Part shown: positions 9,593 to 19,571 of the stretch, one piece after another
Layout of the letters: each line of letters begins with the position of its first letter
How positions within the stretch are numbered: the first letter of the stretch is position 1
Assembly (NCBI GenBank): GCA_050010515.1
Contig: JBEKKX010000011.1
Location: forward strand, 1-64,000
Length of the DNA: 64,000 nucleotides
Direction: 5' to 3'
DNA from: Candidatus Bathyarchaeia archaeon
GTDB lineage: Archaea; Thermoproteota; Bathyarchaeia; Bathyarchaeales; Bathycorpusculaceae
The notes under the pieces: generated by a model
The model's database searches: none
Told to the model about the DNA's origin: nothing
What the model saw: only the letters and a program-made list of their open reading frames with translations
Translations under genes and position numbers: made by a program

Positions 9593-11916
9593 ACTAGCAC
9601 CATTTTTCTAGCGAAGACCTTTTCAAACAAATCTTTCTTCTTATTAAAAGCCTGCTCTTCCAGCGTCGATTCAGTTTCGGATACGCATTCCGCAATAATT
9701 CTTTTTGTGCCCACTTTGGTGTTTAAACTTTTTACGATTGACTGGTGAGTGTAGTCTAAACCATCTGCTATGCGGAGAAGGCTGGTCAGAATCTTTACTT
9801 TGTGGACGGTTACGCGGTCCAACGTCGCAAGGTTGTAATGTCTCGGTTTGGGCAAACCTTTGCAGTGGTATCGGGCTATGCTTGCCACTATCCGTCTTTC
9901 CTGAGAGGTGAATGGCAGTTGCGTATCGTTAAGGATGAGCTTGGCTGATTCTTTGTTGTGACCGCCTCTATTTTTTGACAAGCCTACATCATGCAGAATT
10001 GCGGCGCATTCAAGCCAGCATCGTTCCCGCTCGCCCAACTGATGCACATTGATTAAGCCGTCAAAGAGCTCTAAAGCAAGTCGGGCAACCTGCGTGTAAT
10101 GTTCAGTATCTTGCCAGTAGATTTTCGAAATCTTCTGAGAGATTTCTGCAATTTCTTTGCAGTTTTGAACCATGGCGTCTTCTTTGGTGTGATCCTCTTC
10201 GATTATAGTCTCGAGAGATACTCCGCGAAGCAGCATCTGAGCGAAACTTTCAGGCAACGCTTTTTTTCTAAGAGCGTCTGCAGCAGCCGTGACATCATAG
10301 TCTAACCGAATCAACTCAACATTGAAGGGGCTAAAGCTCAAGATTACATAAGCCGTCTGAGGGTTTCCGTCGCCAGGTCTTCCCACGCTTCCAGGATTGA
10401 CAAAACAGAACCCGTTTGCTTGTCTAATGAATTGATCATGTGAATGCCCCAAGATTATTACATCAGCCTTGGCAGCATCAGCAAGGGTTTTCAGTCTCTC
10501 AACTGGCGCATCATGATAAATGTGCTCTTCAATCGACTGGGGACTCCCATGTGTTACAAACAGTTTTTTGCCTGCGACTTCAAACCTAAGTTCATACGGT
10601 AAAGAATGAAGATAATATTCGCATGACTTTGCTAGCTCTTTTCTGGCAAATTCCAAAGCAATTTTTTTTTCGCCTTTAGCTTTGGCTTTGCCCTCTATAA
10701 CTTCCAAATCATAGTTGCCCAAGATGCTTAGCACATTTTTTTCGCATAACATCTCTATCACTTCATTTGGGTAAGGACCGAACCCTATCGAGTCACCTGC
10801 ATTCAGAAAAATTTCTACGCCCAGTCCTTCGGCATCTTCGAATATTCTTTCTAGGGCTTGCAGGTTAGCATGAACATCCGACAAAACAGCGATTTTAACT
10901 TGAGGATTTGCAAGTAGTTGTTTGGTTTTTTTCCCGGACATGGTTAATCCCGCGTTGGTTGTCCTTTTAAGTTGAACAAAAAAGCCACTGTTTTTGTTTT
11001 CATCCCAAAGACGAACAAATTGGTTATAGTGGTCTCTTCCTTGTTCTTTTACATACGCTAAGAAGTTCAAAAATGCCTTCTCAAATTTTGTGGTATCTTC
11101 TTTTTTGTTTCCTTTGGATTTCATTTTGGCTTTTGCTTTGTCAATGAATTTAGGTATATAATCTACCCAGACATCGCAGTCGTGCATTTCTCCCAGTACA
11201 TCTTGAAAAGCTGTTATTGTTTCTATCTTTTTTGCGAGTTTGTTTTTGTATAGTGGTGCGAAGATTTCCATAGTATAGCGGAGTTTCTTGGCGTATATTC
11301 TCATCTCGTGGTGCTTTAGCTTTTTATTTTCCAAGTAAACGTATTCTTCCATCGATAGGAAATCGTCTAGTCTGAAGGATATGTGCCAATGAGCTTTTTC
11401 AAGCACCTGATTGGAATCAAAAGTGGCGTTTGATTGTTCTGTAATGGTTTGTTCACAAAACTTGCGAATATCCTCCAAAATGTCTGATGCTTCTAGTTTC
11501 TCCAATCCGCTAACAACGGATGATTGAATGCTTTTTCTGCGGTCTTTATGATCCTTAAGCAGTGTTTCTAAACATGCTTTTTCAGCTGGAGACTTCAGTT
11601 TTTTCGTGTACTGCTCTATGAAGGCTATTTGAACATCAAGGTCTCTTGCATCGGCAAGTAGACGCGTGACTTTCTTTAATTGACTTGCCCATCCCTTGAA
11701 TCCTTTTCCAGAAAAGCAGAACCTGAAAAGGGGCAGCGCAGCTCTCAGTCTGCGGGAGGTAACACGCATTTTATGAACATATTCAATATCGTCGCTTTTC
11801 ATCACGCCCTCAATTTGGTCTTCAAAAATTGAAAGAAGTTTTAGGAGCGTTTCAGAGCCGAATTTACAGTAGCTTGTATCGCTTTGGCATGTTTGAGGCT
11901 TAATTGGGGCGTTCAT
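9577..11916 (-). CDS. CHAD-metallophosphoesterase-HD fusion protein, copy 2
   Basis: Same three domains as copy 1: DVHAN, AGD, GNYD, HGS, GHSH, NPGSVG and HDVG. Overlaps both ppk1 and ppx. Start placed at MNAPIK. Confidence 0.88.
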   Translation of the reverse strand: MNAPIKPQTCQSDTSYCKFGSETLLKLLSIFEDQIEGVMKSDDIEYVHKMRVTSRRLRAALPLFRFCFSGKGFKGWASQLKKVTRLLADARDLDVQIAFIEQYTKKLKSPAEKACLETLLKDHKDRRKSIQSSVVSGLEKLEASDILEDIRKFCEQTITEQSNATFDSNQVLEKAHWHISFRLDDFLSMEEYVYLENKKLKHHEMRIYAKKLRYTMEIFAPLYKNKLAKKIETITAFQDVLGEMHDCDVWVDYIPKFIDKAKAKMKSKGNKKEDTTKFEKAFLNFLAYVKEQGRDHYNQFVRLWDENKNSGFFVQLKRTTNAGLTMSGKKTKQLLANPQVKIAVLSDVHANLQALERIFEDAEGLGVEIFLNAGDSIGFGPYPNEVIEMLCEKNVLSILGNYDLEVIEGKAKAKGEKKIALEFARKELAKSCEYYLHSLPYELRFEVAGKKLFVTHGSPQSIEEHIYHDAPVERLKTLADAAKADVIILGHSHDQFIRQANGFCFVNPGSVGRPGDGNPQTAYVILSFSPFNVELIRLDYDVTAAADALRKKALPESFAQMLLRGVSLETIIEEDHTKEDAMVQNCKEIAEISQKISKIYWQDTEHYTQVARLALELFDGLINVHQLGERERCWLECAAILHDVGLSKNRGGHNKESAKLILNDTQLPFTSQERRIVASIARYHCKGLPKPRHYNLATLDRVTVHKVKILTSLLRIADGLDYTHQSIVKSLNTKVGTKRIIAECVSETESTLEEQAFNKKKDLFEKVFARKMVLVWKRQ

Positions 11917-14020
11917 TCCAAATGCCTCTGTTCTGAATAAGCCACGCTTGAGAGTTGATGACTTCTTCTCCTTCTTTAGGTGTAACTCTCTCGTATGTCC
12001 CATCAGGCAGTAATCTTCTTGCTTTGACGTTGTCTTGAAGGTGGATTTTAAGCATGTATTCAAGGATAGCGTGACGCAGGTATGGGTCAGGCACTGATAA
12101 GAGAACTTCGACTCTTTCGTTGAGGTTTCTGAACATCATGTCTGAGCTGCCAATAAGCACTTCCTCTTCAGCATCATCATGGAAGTAATAGATTCGGGCG
12201 TGTTCAAGGAAGCGCCCAACTATGGATATCACTGAAATGTTGTCGCTTATTCCTTTTATTCCAGGTTTTAAGCAGCATAAGCCTCGGACGTTGAGGTCAA
12301 TCTTGATTCCAGCCATCGATGCCCTGTATAAGGCTTGAATAATTTCAGTTTCTTCTAAGTTATTAAGTTTAAAAGCTAAGTAGCCTTTGCCTGTTTTTTG
12401 GTGAAAACTTATTTCCCTGTTAATTCGGCCCAGAATTTCGCTCTTCAGCGTTTTAGGTGCCACAAAAAGGTGTTTGAATTCTTTTTCTTGAAGCCCGTTT
12501 ATAATTATTTTGAAAAGCTCTTCAAGTTCAGCTCCCACTTCGGGGTTTGCTGTTAGGTAGCCTATGTCGCCGTAAATTTTCGCTGTAACCGCGTTATAGT
12601 TCCCTGATCCGATGTGCGAGTATCTTATTAGTTTATCTTTTTCTTTTTTGACAATTAAGCAGAGTTTTGCATGAACCTTAAACTTGGGAAAATTATAAAC
12701 GGCATTTACTCCACCTTCCCTAAGTTTTGAAACGAGAAGAATATTGTTTTCTTCATCAAATTTAGCTTTCAATTCTACTATTGCAGTTACTTTTTTGCCT
12801 TTTTCAGCTGCCTCTATCAATGCGCCAACGACCGGCGAGTTATGATCCATACGGTACATTGTTATGCAGATTTCCAAAACATTACTATCTCTAGCGGCTT
12901 CTCTTAGCAGATCAATGATTACTTCAAAGCTGTCATAGGGGTGATATAAGACAAAGTCTTGTTTGGCGATGGTTGCAAACATATCCTTTTCAGGGGTCAG
13001 AAGTGGAGAAATGCACGGAAGAAAACTTTTGTCTTTAAGGTCGGGGCGGTTTATTTTAAGCATTTGCCAGAGATCCACGAACCCTAGTGGTCCATCAAAC
13101 TCGTAGACTAAATAATCTGGCAAGCCTAAGGCTACAGCTATCCCTTCTTTAATGACTGCCGGCACTTTCCTTTCAAATTCTAGCCTACTTGAGAACCCAG
13201 CTTTTCTGGTCGACAAACTCTTCTTTACAGAATAGAGAAAGTCTGCTGACTCATCCATTAGAATGTCTATTTCTCCATTTCGTGTAAGTCTAAATTGGTA
13301 CGCTGTCAGGTTTTTTTCATTTGGGAAAATTAGGTCTAAATTATTTACCATCAAATCTTCAACAAAGACAAAGTTATACTCTATGTCTTGGCTGTATACG
13401 CTTTTTGGGATTCTTATCAGCCTTCCAAACTCTTCGGTCGGGACATCAACTAAGCAGTAAAAATCTTGCTTAGCAAAGCCTGATACGTAGAGTGTGACGT
13501 GAAGATTCTCAATTGCCGCACCATCAAAGCCTTCCTTATGAGTTTTGACGAACGGAAGAATGGATTGCTTGAAAAATTTACGCAAGTTTTCCTTATCTTT
13601 TACTCCTAATTGGTTAAATTTCCAAATGAAGATTTTTTCTTTCGCAAGAGCGGGAAGAAGTTCATTTCGCCAGCAAGCGGCATGCTTTTCGATAAGAGGG
13701 GTTATTTCTTTTCTTGTGGCTTCAATCTGTTCAATGGCTGTCATTCCGTCCATAGATTTTTCGTAAGATCCTGCCTTGATTTTTTTCATGAGTCTAGGGA
13801 TTCGTGTCATAAAGAATTCATCAAGGTTGCTGCCACAGATGGCGATGAATTTTACCCTTTCTAGTAGGGGATGCCACAGGTCTTGTGCTTCCTCAAGGAC
13901 GCGTGTGTTAAATCTTATCCAGCTGAGTTCCCTGTTAATGAAATAGCTTGGGTTATCTAGGAGTTTTTTCTGGTTCAAGGCATTATTTGCATCTGAATCA
14001 AGGGTATGTGGAGCTAACAA
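11900..14020 (-). CDS. ppk1: polyphosphate kinase 1
   Basis: NRELSWIRFNTRVL, SNLDEFF, HPYDSF, ELKAKFDEENN, KVHAK, GRFLEHARIY, GSSDMM. Confidence 0.95.
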   Translation of the reverse strand: MLAPHTLDSDANNALNQKKLLDNPSYFINRELSWIRFNTRVLEEAQDLWHPLLERVKFIAICGSNLDEFFMTRIPRLMKKIKAGSYEKSMDGMTAIEQIEATRKEITPLIEKHAACWRNELLPALAKEKIFIWKFNQLGVKDKENLRKFFKQSILPFVKTHKEGFDGAAIENLHVTLYVSGFAKQDFYCLVDVPTEEFGRLIRIPKSVYSQDIEYNFVFVEDLMVNNLDLIFPNEKNLTAYQFRLTRNGEIDILMDESADFLYSVKKSLSTRKAGFSSRLEFERKVPAVIKEGIAVALGLPDYLVYEFDGPLGFVDLWQMLKINRPDLKDKSFLPCISPLLTPEKDMFATIAKQDFVLYHPYDSFEVIIDLLREAARDSNVLEICITMYRMDHNSPVVGALIEAAEKGKKVTAIVELKAKFDEENNILLVSKLREGGVNAVYNFPKFKVHAKLCLIVKKEKDKLIRYSHIGSGNYNAVTAKIYGDIGYLTANPEVGAELEELFKIIINGLQEKEFKHLFVAPKTLKSEILGRINREISFHQKTGKGYLAFKLNNLEETEIIQALYRASMAGIKIDLNVRGLCCLKPGIKGISDNISVISIVGRFLEHARIYYFHDDAEEEVLIGSSDMMFRNLNERVEVLLSVPDPYLRHAILEYMLKIHLQDNVKARRLLPDGTYERVTPKEGEEVINSQAWLIQNRGIWNERPN

Positions 14021-14366
14021 GAGCCTTTACCTGGTAAATTTTCAATTGTTTAGTGTAATTAACTACCTCAAGCTAAAAATGGTGTTCGTGACTTATCAAG
14101 CAATCTGTGTAAAAAATAATCTTTCACTGGAGCTGAGTTATTTACCTTCAGCGGTCGTGCTTCCTTGGCAAATCGTGAGATTCGGCGCATTTTGTTTTGC
14201 GAACTGCAAATGACTCATATTCGAAGAGGGGAACTTTTTGGTGCATCTGGCGTTACCTGTGTTTCAATTGAATGGAAGTTGCCATTAAGGACTTCGAAAA
14301 TAGAATATATAGTTATAAATAGACTATATAGGAAAGGTTAAATCTCGCGTCAGATTAGCGAACCGC

Positions 14367-14837
14367 ATGAATTCTTTGGCTCTTAAAGAAAACGGCTTCA
14401 CCGAATTCGTTCCTTTAAAAGGGCTTTTCTTTTCCAGTTTGCCATTCAATAAAGGCAGTGTTCTGATCTTGGCTGACACCACAATCACTGGAAAACCCGC
14501 CTCAGACATTCTGTATGTTGGCAGATCAAAGAAACCGACTAAAAGAACCTTTGGGGGATACTTAGCTGGATACGGCGGAAAAACAACTAGGAAAATCAAC
14601 TCAAAATTGTTTGACGACGGATATATTGAAAGGGTCGCGGTCAGTTGGATGTTGAGTGACAATCCGAAGGCAGCGCAGCAAGAGCTTCTGGAAAGCTTTA
14701 AGAAAGAACATGGCGAATACCCAGCTTGGAATGCTTCGAAGAAGACCTCCGTAAAATCTCAACCAACGAAAAAAGTTGCCCCAAAAGTTGGTAAAGTGCG
14801 TCCTGTTCGTAAACAAACTGCCAAGTTTGCGCCTTAG
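14367..14837 (+). CDS. GIY-YIG-like domain protein with basic tail, copy 2
   Basis: DILYVGRSKKPTKR, GGYLAGYGGK and HGEYPAWN; clear paralog of 6167..6796. Confidence 0.6.
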   Translation: MNSLALKENGFTEFVPLKGLFFSSLPFNKGSVLILADTTITGKPASDILYVGRSKKPTKRTFGGYLAGYGGKTTRKINSKLFDDGYIERVAVSWMLSDNPKAAQQELLESFKKEHGEYPAWNASKKTSVKSQPTKKVAPKVGKVRPVRKQTAKFAP

Positions 14838-14851
14838 AACATCGGACTGTG

Positions 14852-15394
14852 TTAATCTTCGGTTTTGCCTTTTTTGAAGGAATAGTGGCGGATTAATTCG
14901 TCAGTTGACCATGGCAGGCAATCTTTGGCTTGGAATCCTAAAAGAGCAGCGTACTTGTGGATTAAATCAATGTTTTCGGATTCTATTTCTAGAAGCTCAG
15001 GAATGTATCCGTAGTCGCCAGCGTAGCAGTCGATGTCAAAGCGTGTGTGGTTGAGCGTGTAGCTGACTCTGTGTTTCTGCATGCTTTCGGTTATGGATAG
15101 ACCTATGTTTTCCAAGATTTTCTTCATTGTTTCCAGGTTTGAAACTTCAACGGAATATTCTTCCGCCAGTTTGGCTGTTTCTGTAATGTGAACTTTTTTG
15201 TATGTTAGTTCGGTTTTATCTTGTTCTTTCCTTAAGCGTAACACGTTTTTTGCTTTAATTATTGCGCCATCTTTGAAGTCAAAAAACATGGTTTGGATGT
15301 CGCCGTCGAAAACTTTTTTGGCGCCTAAGCTGGTGAGGGTTTCTTCAATCTTTATTCTGTTGACTTCTAAAATTTTGACTTCCAGTTCTTTCAT
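14852..15394 (-). CDS. CYTH / triphosphate tunnel metalloenzyme (CyaB-like)
   Basis: N-terminal ELEVK (ExExK), LRLR, LTYK, KHRVSY, LEIE. Confidence 0.9.
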   Translation of the reverse strand: MKELEVKILEVNRIKIEETLTSLGAKKVFDGDIQTMFFDFKDGAIIKAKNVLRLRKEQDKTELTYKKVHITETAKLAEEYSVEVSNLETMKKILENIGLSITESMQKHRVSYTLNHTRFDIDCYAGDYGYIPELLEIESENIDLIHKYAALLGFQAKDCLPWSTDELIRHYSFKKGKTED

Positions 15395-15776
15395 AAAAGC
15401 TAAGAAAGCTTTTGAGAGTTAAAAGCTTGTGCTATTTCATGCCATCGGGATAATTCTTGAAAATATGTATGGAGATTTAAAAAACTGCAAGGATACTTCA
15501 GGGCAGTAGAAACAAACCCAACAATCCTCACGATTGAAATAACCCTGACAGCCTTCACAGCAATCTACTTCATCTATGTCTACCAAAAAGTAATCCGCAC
15601 ATCCCTAAAATATTAACCCACCCAGCCCTCAAAACTTCGCTACCTCAAAACGTCCAGACTTTTCTGCACTTTTTACACGAATTTACACTTTAGCGAAGCT
15701 TTGAAGCGTTACTGTAAAGGTAGCTTTCTCAGTTAACGGCATATAACCTTTTTAACACTTACACTTAAGCATTTAT

Positions 15777-15856
15777 AAACGCAAAGAAACGCGAATAAAC
15801 GCAGAACAACGCATAAAAACGCAGAAAAACGCAAGCAAACGCGTAGAGACGCAACC
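15777..15856. repeat. 8 tandem copies of a degenerate 10-bp unit (AAACGCnnnn)
   Basis: Units start at 15777, 15787 ... 15847. ACGC is invariant in all 8, while the last 4 bases vary. Confidence 0.85.
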
Positions 15857-16003
15857 TGCAAACACTTCAAACCCCAAAACAAAAAAGCAACCCAAAACAG
15901 CTTGTTCAAATTTAATGTGTTTTCAGCAATCAGTACTTAGTGCATAATACAGAAAGGTTATTACTTTTAGAGTAATTCACAGGTTAAGTGGAGAGAAAAA
16001 AAG

Positions 16004-16765
16004 GTGCCCCTCGCGTTTATTATTGGAACAGCTGGTTCTGGTAAATCCCTGTTCACTGCAGCCTTCAGCGAATGGCTAAAAATGTCAAAGCAAGACGTTG
16101 CCGTAGTCAATTTAGATCCTGGTGCATTGAAACTTCCTTATTCGCCGGATGTTGACGTGCGCAACTATGTTGATGTTGGCGATTTAATGGAAAAATATGG
16201 TTTAGGACCCAACGGCGCATTGATTATGGCAGCTGACTTAATCGCTGACGAGATTGAAAATTTAACCCGCGACATCGAAGAAGTCAACGCTGACATCGTC
16301 TTGGTTGATACTCCTGGGCAAATGGAGCTGTTTGCTTTCAGAGCAAGTGGACCATACATAGTTGATGAGTTAACAAAGGAGCCTAAAGCGTTAATTTACC
16401 TCTTTGACGCCGTTTTCTCAATCAACCCGCTTAACTACGTTTCAAACATGTTTCTTTCAGCCGCAGTTTACAACCGCTTCTTTCAGCCGCAGTTGCATGT
16501 TCTCTCAAAAACTGATTTAATACCAAAAAAGGATGCACAGGCAATTGTCACTTGGTCAGCTAACACTAGAGCGCTGGAAGATGCAATTGAAGAGAAACTT
16601 GAAGGCACAAAACGCCTCTTCAGCCGCAACATGATGCAAGCCATCAACAAGCTCGGATTACAATTTTTGTTGATGCCCCTTTCCTCCAAAACAAACGAAG
16701 GCATGACTAACATTAACACAACACTTGAACGAATCTTAAACGAAGGAGAAAAATACACAACCTGA
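16004..16765 (+). CDS. GPN-loop GTPase
   Basis: GTAGSGKS, NLDPG, GLGPNG, DTPGQMELF. Confidence 0.92.
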   Translation: MPLAFIIGTAGSGKSLFTAAFSEWLKMSKQDVAVVNLDPGALKLPYSPDVDVRNYVDVGDLMEKYGLGPNGALIMAADLIADEIENLTRDIEEVNADIVLVDTPGQMELFAFRASGPYIVDELTKEPKALIYLFDAVFSINPLNYVSNMFLSAAVYNRFFQPQLHVLSKTDLIPKKDAQAIVTWSANTRALEDAIEEKLEGTKRLFSRNMMQAINKLGLQFLLMPLSSKTNEGMTNINTTLERILNEGEKYTT

Positions 16766-16769
16766 AAAT

Positions 16770-17396
16770 CTAAGCGCTAATCAGTGACCAGCTTGCTGCA
16801 AAGGCCCCACGCTTAGCCCTCAAAGCTGAATCAGCACCAGCGATAATAATAGCATCATTGTCCTCAGGCGCGAATTCCTTAAAAATTTGGCCTGCTGCCT
16901 TCGGATAATCCTTCTCAATACAATCACTGACCGATTCAATACACAAATGGCCATCTTTAAAAACGATAACTAGGGCTTTACGTGCGCCAGCAATGATAGC
17001 CGCATCCCGCTGATCAATTCCTGACCGAACTTTTTGCCCGCTGTTTTTCACCAAAAAAGCAAAACAAAATTCGGATTCAATCAATTCATTTTTTGGAATC
17101 TCAACGCGTTTAGGAAAAACTTGTTCAAATTGCCCCCAAATCTCTAAACCTCTCTTCGATAAACTACAGCCTTCTTTTGAGGTTTCAATTAAACCAGCAT
17201 TTCTAAGTCTGCTTATTATTGTGCGTACTGCTCCGTCACCAACGTTGAGTTTCTTAGCCAGTTTGTTTCTGCCCAGAGGTTTCTCTGCCATAAGCTCTAA
17301 AGCGTAGAACACATGGAATACCGTGAAGCTGGTTGACGGTCCCGGAGCTTTTTTTCCAGCGATTTCTTGTATAAACTTTTTTAGCGATACAGCCAT
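16770..17396 (-). CDS. winged-HTH protein, DUF4443/DUF2111-like
   Basis: GRNKLAKKLNVGDGAVRTIISRL HTH and GIDQRDAAIIAGA motif. Confidence 0.7.
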   Translation of the reverse strand: MAVSLKKFIQEIAGKKAPGPSTSFTVFHVFYALELMAEKPLGRNKLAKKLNVGDGAVRTIISRLRNAGLIETSKEGCSLSKRGLEIWGQFEQVFPKRVEIPKNELIESEFCFAFLVKNSGQKVRSGIDQRDAAIIAGARKALVIVFKDGHLCIESVSDCIEKDYPKAAGQIFKEFAPEDNDAIIIAGADSALRAKRGAFAASWSLISA

Positions 17397-17459
17397 ATTT
17401 TGCCCTGCTCTAACTAAGCTTGATTAGGTTTTTATAATTTGTGAAAAAGAATATGCAGA

Positions 17460-17837
17460 TTAGTCTTTGTAAGCAACAACTGAAACCTCAACAAGCGCAT
17501 CTGCCTTTAATTCTATGCCAACTGTGGCGCGAGCAGGAAATTCTGCATCAAAGTACTTGGCATATACATTGTTGAACTCGTCAAATAGGGCCATAGAAGA
17601 AAGATACACATTGGATAGAACAATATCTTTCAGACCATAATCTGCAGCTTCCAAGATGGCTTTTATGTTCTCCATAACCTGTCTTGTCTGTAGAGTCACG
17701 GTTTTGGCAACGATTTTGCCTTCCTTTGGATCAATTGCCAGTTGCCCTGAGACAAATAGGAATTTGCCTGCTTTCACCGCTTGACTGTATGGGCCTACTG
17801 GTTTTGGTGCTTTTTCGCTAAATATTGGCGTTTTCAT
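17460..17837 (-). CDS. ridA: RidA/YjgF enamine deaminase
   Basis: APKPVGPYSQAV, VSGQL, FPARATV, VEV. Start placed at MKTPIF. Confidence 0.9.
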   Translation of the reverse strand: MKTPIFSEKAPKPVGPYSQAVKAGKFLFVSGQLAIDPKEGKIVAKTVTLQTRQVMENIKAILEAADYGLKDIVLSNVYLSSMALFDEFNNVYAKYFDAEFPARATVGIELKADALVEVSVVAYKD

Positions 17838-17998
17838 GTTTTCCCTATTCTTGTTTATGTTGTTTAGGGAATAAATTGTTTTTGCGAGCAAGCATTGCCC
17901 CCGTTGCTTGTTGATTAGTTGTTTGTATTGTAGAAAGCCTTTTAAGAAAAACGCCAAGTAACTTATGTCCCTATTACAGGCTAAACGGAAAGATTCCC

Positions 17999-19177
17999 AT
18001 GAAAAGAAACGGAAAATACTTATTTACCTCAGAGTCAGTCGGAGAAGGTCACCCAGACAAGGTAGCAGATCAAATATCCGACAGCGTTCTAGACGCAATA
18101 TTCTGCAGTGACCCCAAAGCAAGAGTTGACTGCGAAACCCTCGTTATGCAGGGAACCGTAATGATTACGGGTCAAATAACCACTTGCACCTATATTGATA
18201 TCCCAAAAATTGTCCGCCAGACCTTAAAAGAAATAGGGTTCGACAATGCTAAGGATGGCTTAGACTGGGAAACATGCGGCATCTTGGTTTCATTAACTGC
18301 GCAGTCTCCAGACATTTCTAGGGGTGTAACCGAATCCAAAGGGCACGAGCAGGGGGCTGGTGACCAAGGAATGGTTTTCGGCTACGCAACCACCGAGACA
18401 AAGGAGCTTATGCCACTGCCGATTATGCTGGCGCATAAACTTGTTAAACGCTTAGCTGAATGCAGAAAAACAAAAATTATGCCTTATCTTCGTCCTGACT
18501 GCAAATCTCAGGTTACAGTGGAATATGACGGTTGCAAACCAAAATGCGTTAAAGCTGTTGTTATTGCGGCTCAAAACAATGGGGCAGTCGACGATGCAAC
18601 ATTAAAGAAAGATATTATTGAAAAAGTAATCAAGAACGTTATACCTGCCAACATGATAGCCGAAGACATAAAATACGTCATTAACGGCACGGGCAGATTC
18701 GTGATTGGCGGAACACTAGCCGATTCTGGGCTAACTGGCAGAAAAATCATCGTTGACACTTACGGCGGAGTTGGAAGCCACGGAGGAGGTTGTTTCAGTG
18801 GTAAAGACCCGTCAAAAGTTGACCGTTCAGGCTGTTACATGGCAAGATACATCGCCAAAAACATTGTCGCCGCCGGGCTGGCAGACCAATGTGAAATCCA
18901 AATCTCCTACGCTATCGGCGTTGCGCAGCCGATCTCTGTGTCGGTGAATACTTATGAAACTGGGAAACTGTCTGATGAGCAAATTCTTGAGTTAGCGAAG
19001 AAATATTTCGACATGAGGCCTAAAGCAATCATTGACCAACTAAACTTGCTAAGACCAATATACAAGAAAACAGCGGTGTTCGGCCACTTCGGAAGAGAAG
19101 AACCAGAATTCACTTGGGAACAGACCGACAAGGCAGAAGTGCTTCGCAAAGAACTAGAAAAAGCCAAAAAACTCTAA
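17999..19177 (+). CDS. metK: S-adenosylmethionine synthetase, bacterial/eukaryotic type
   Basis: [54 protein letters not shown]. Confidence 0.96.
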   Translation: MKRNGKYLFTSESVGEGHPDKVADQISDSVLDAIFCSDPKARVDCETLVMQGTVMITGQITTCTYIDIPKIVRQTLKEIGFDNAKDGLDWETCGILVSLTAQSPDISRGVTESKGHEQGAGDQGMVFGYATTETKELMPLPIMLAHKLVKRLAECRKTKIMPYLRPDCKSQVTVEYDGCKPKCVKAVVIAAQNNGAVDDATLKKDIIEKVIKNVIPANMIAEDIKYVINGTGRFVIGGTLADSGLTGRKIIVDTYGGVGSHGGGCFSGKDPSKVDRSGCYMARYIAKNIVAAGLADQCEIQISYAIGVAQPISVSVNTYETGKLSDEQILELAKKYFDMRPKAIIDQLNLLRPIYKKTAVFGHFGREEPEFTWEQTDKAEVLRKELEKAKKL

Positions 19178-19571
19178 ATTTTCCCATTTTTAACTTTCTT
19201 TTTTCATGTTTCTATTATCAGGTTAGCATTTTAATCTGCTTGAGCATCTGGCTAACCAAAGGGTATACCCTCTTTTTGATACTGAAACGACCAAACAAAT
19301 AGTATACCCCTTTTAAGATTGCTGAAAAATACGCGGGTACTATGCTTTGTTAGGTACGGGAGCTTTCAAAAGTGAATTTCAACCATGTTTTTCCACCGCT
19401 GAAAACTAACATAAGAATCAACCCATAACCTCAACATTTCCTAATGTTAAACTACAATTATCGCCAAGAACTTATTCAAAATTCTAATGAAGCAAAAAAT
19501 AAGAATATTTTGATGTTATAGCATACGTGTAGGTTGTTTCTTGAGGAAAGGCTTAGTCATGCCATTGATAG

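Noticed and set aside
11917-12063. Long N-terminal extension of the CHAD fusion in the ORF track
   Set aside because: It lies inside ppk1; comparison with the paralog supports the start at 11916.
14852-15394. Adenylate cyclase signalling role (cyaB)
   Set aside because: The CYTH fold is clear but specificity cannot be read from sequence; the polyP context favours a triphosphatase, so no symbol was given.
15777-15856. CRISPR array
   Set aside because: The unit is 10 bp with no 30-40 bp spacers, and no cas genes are in the window.
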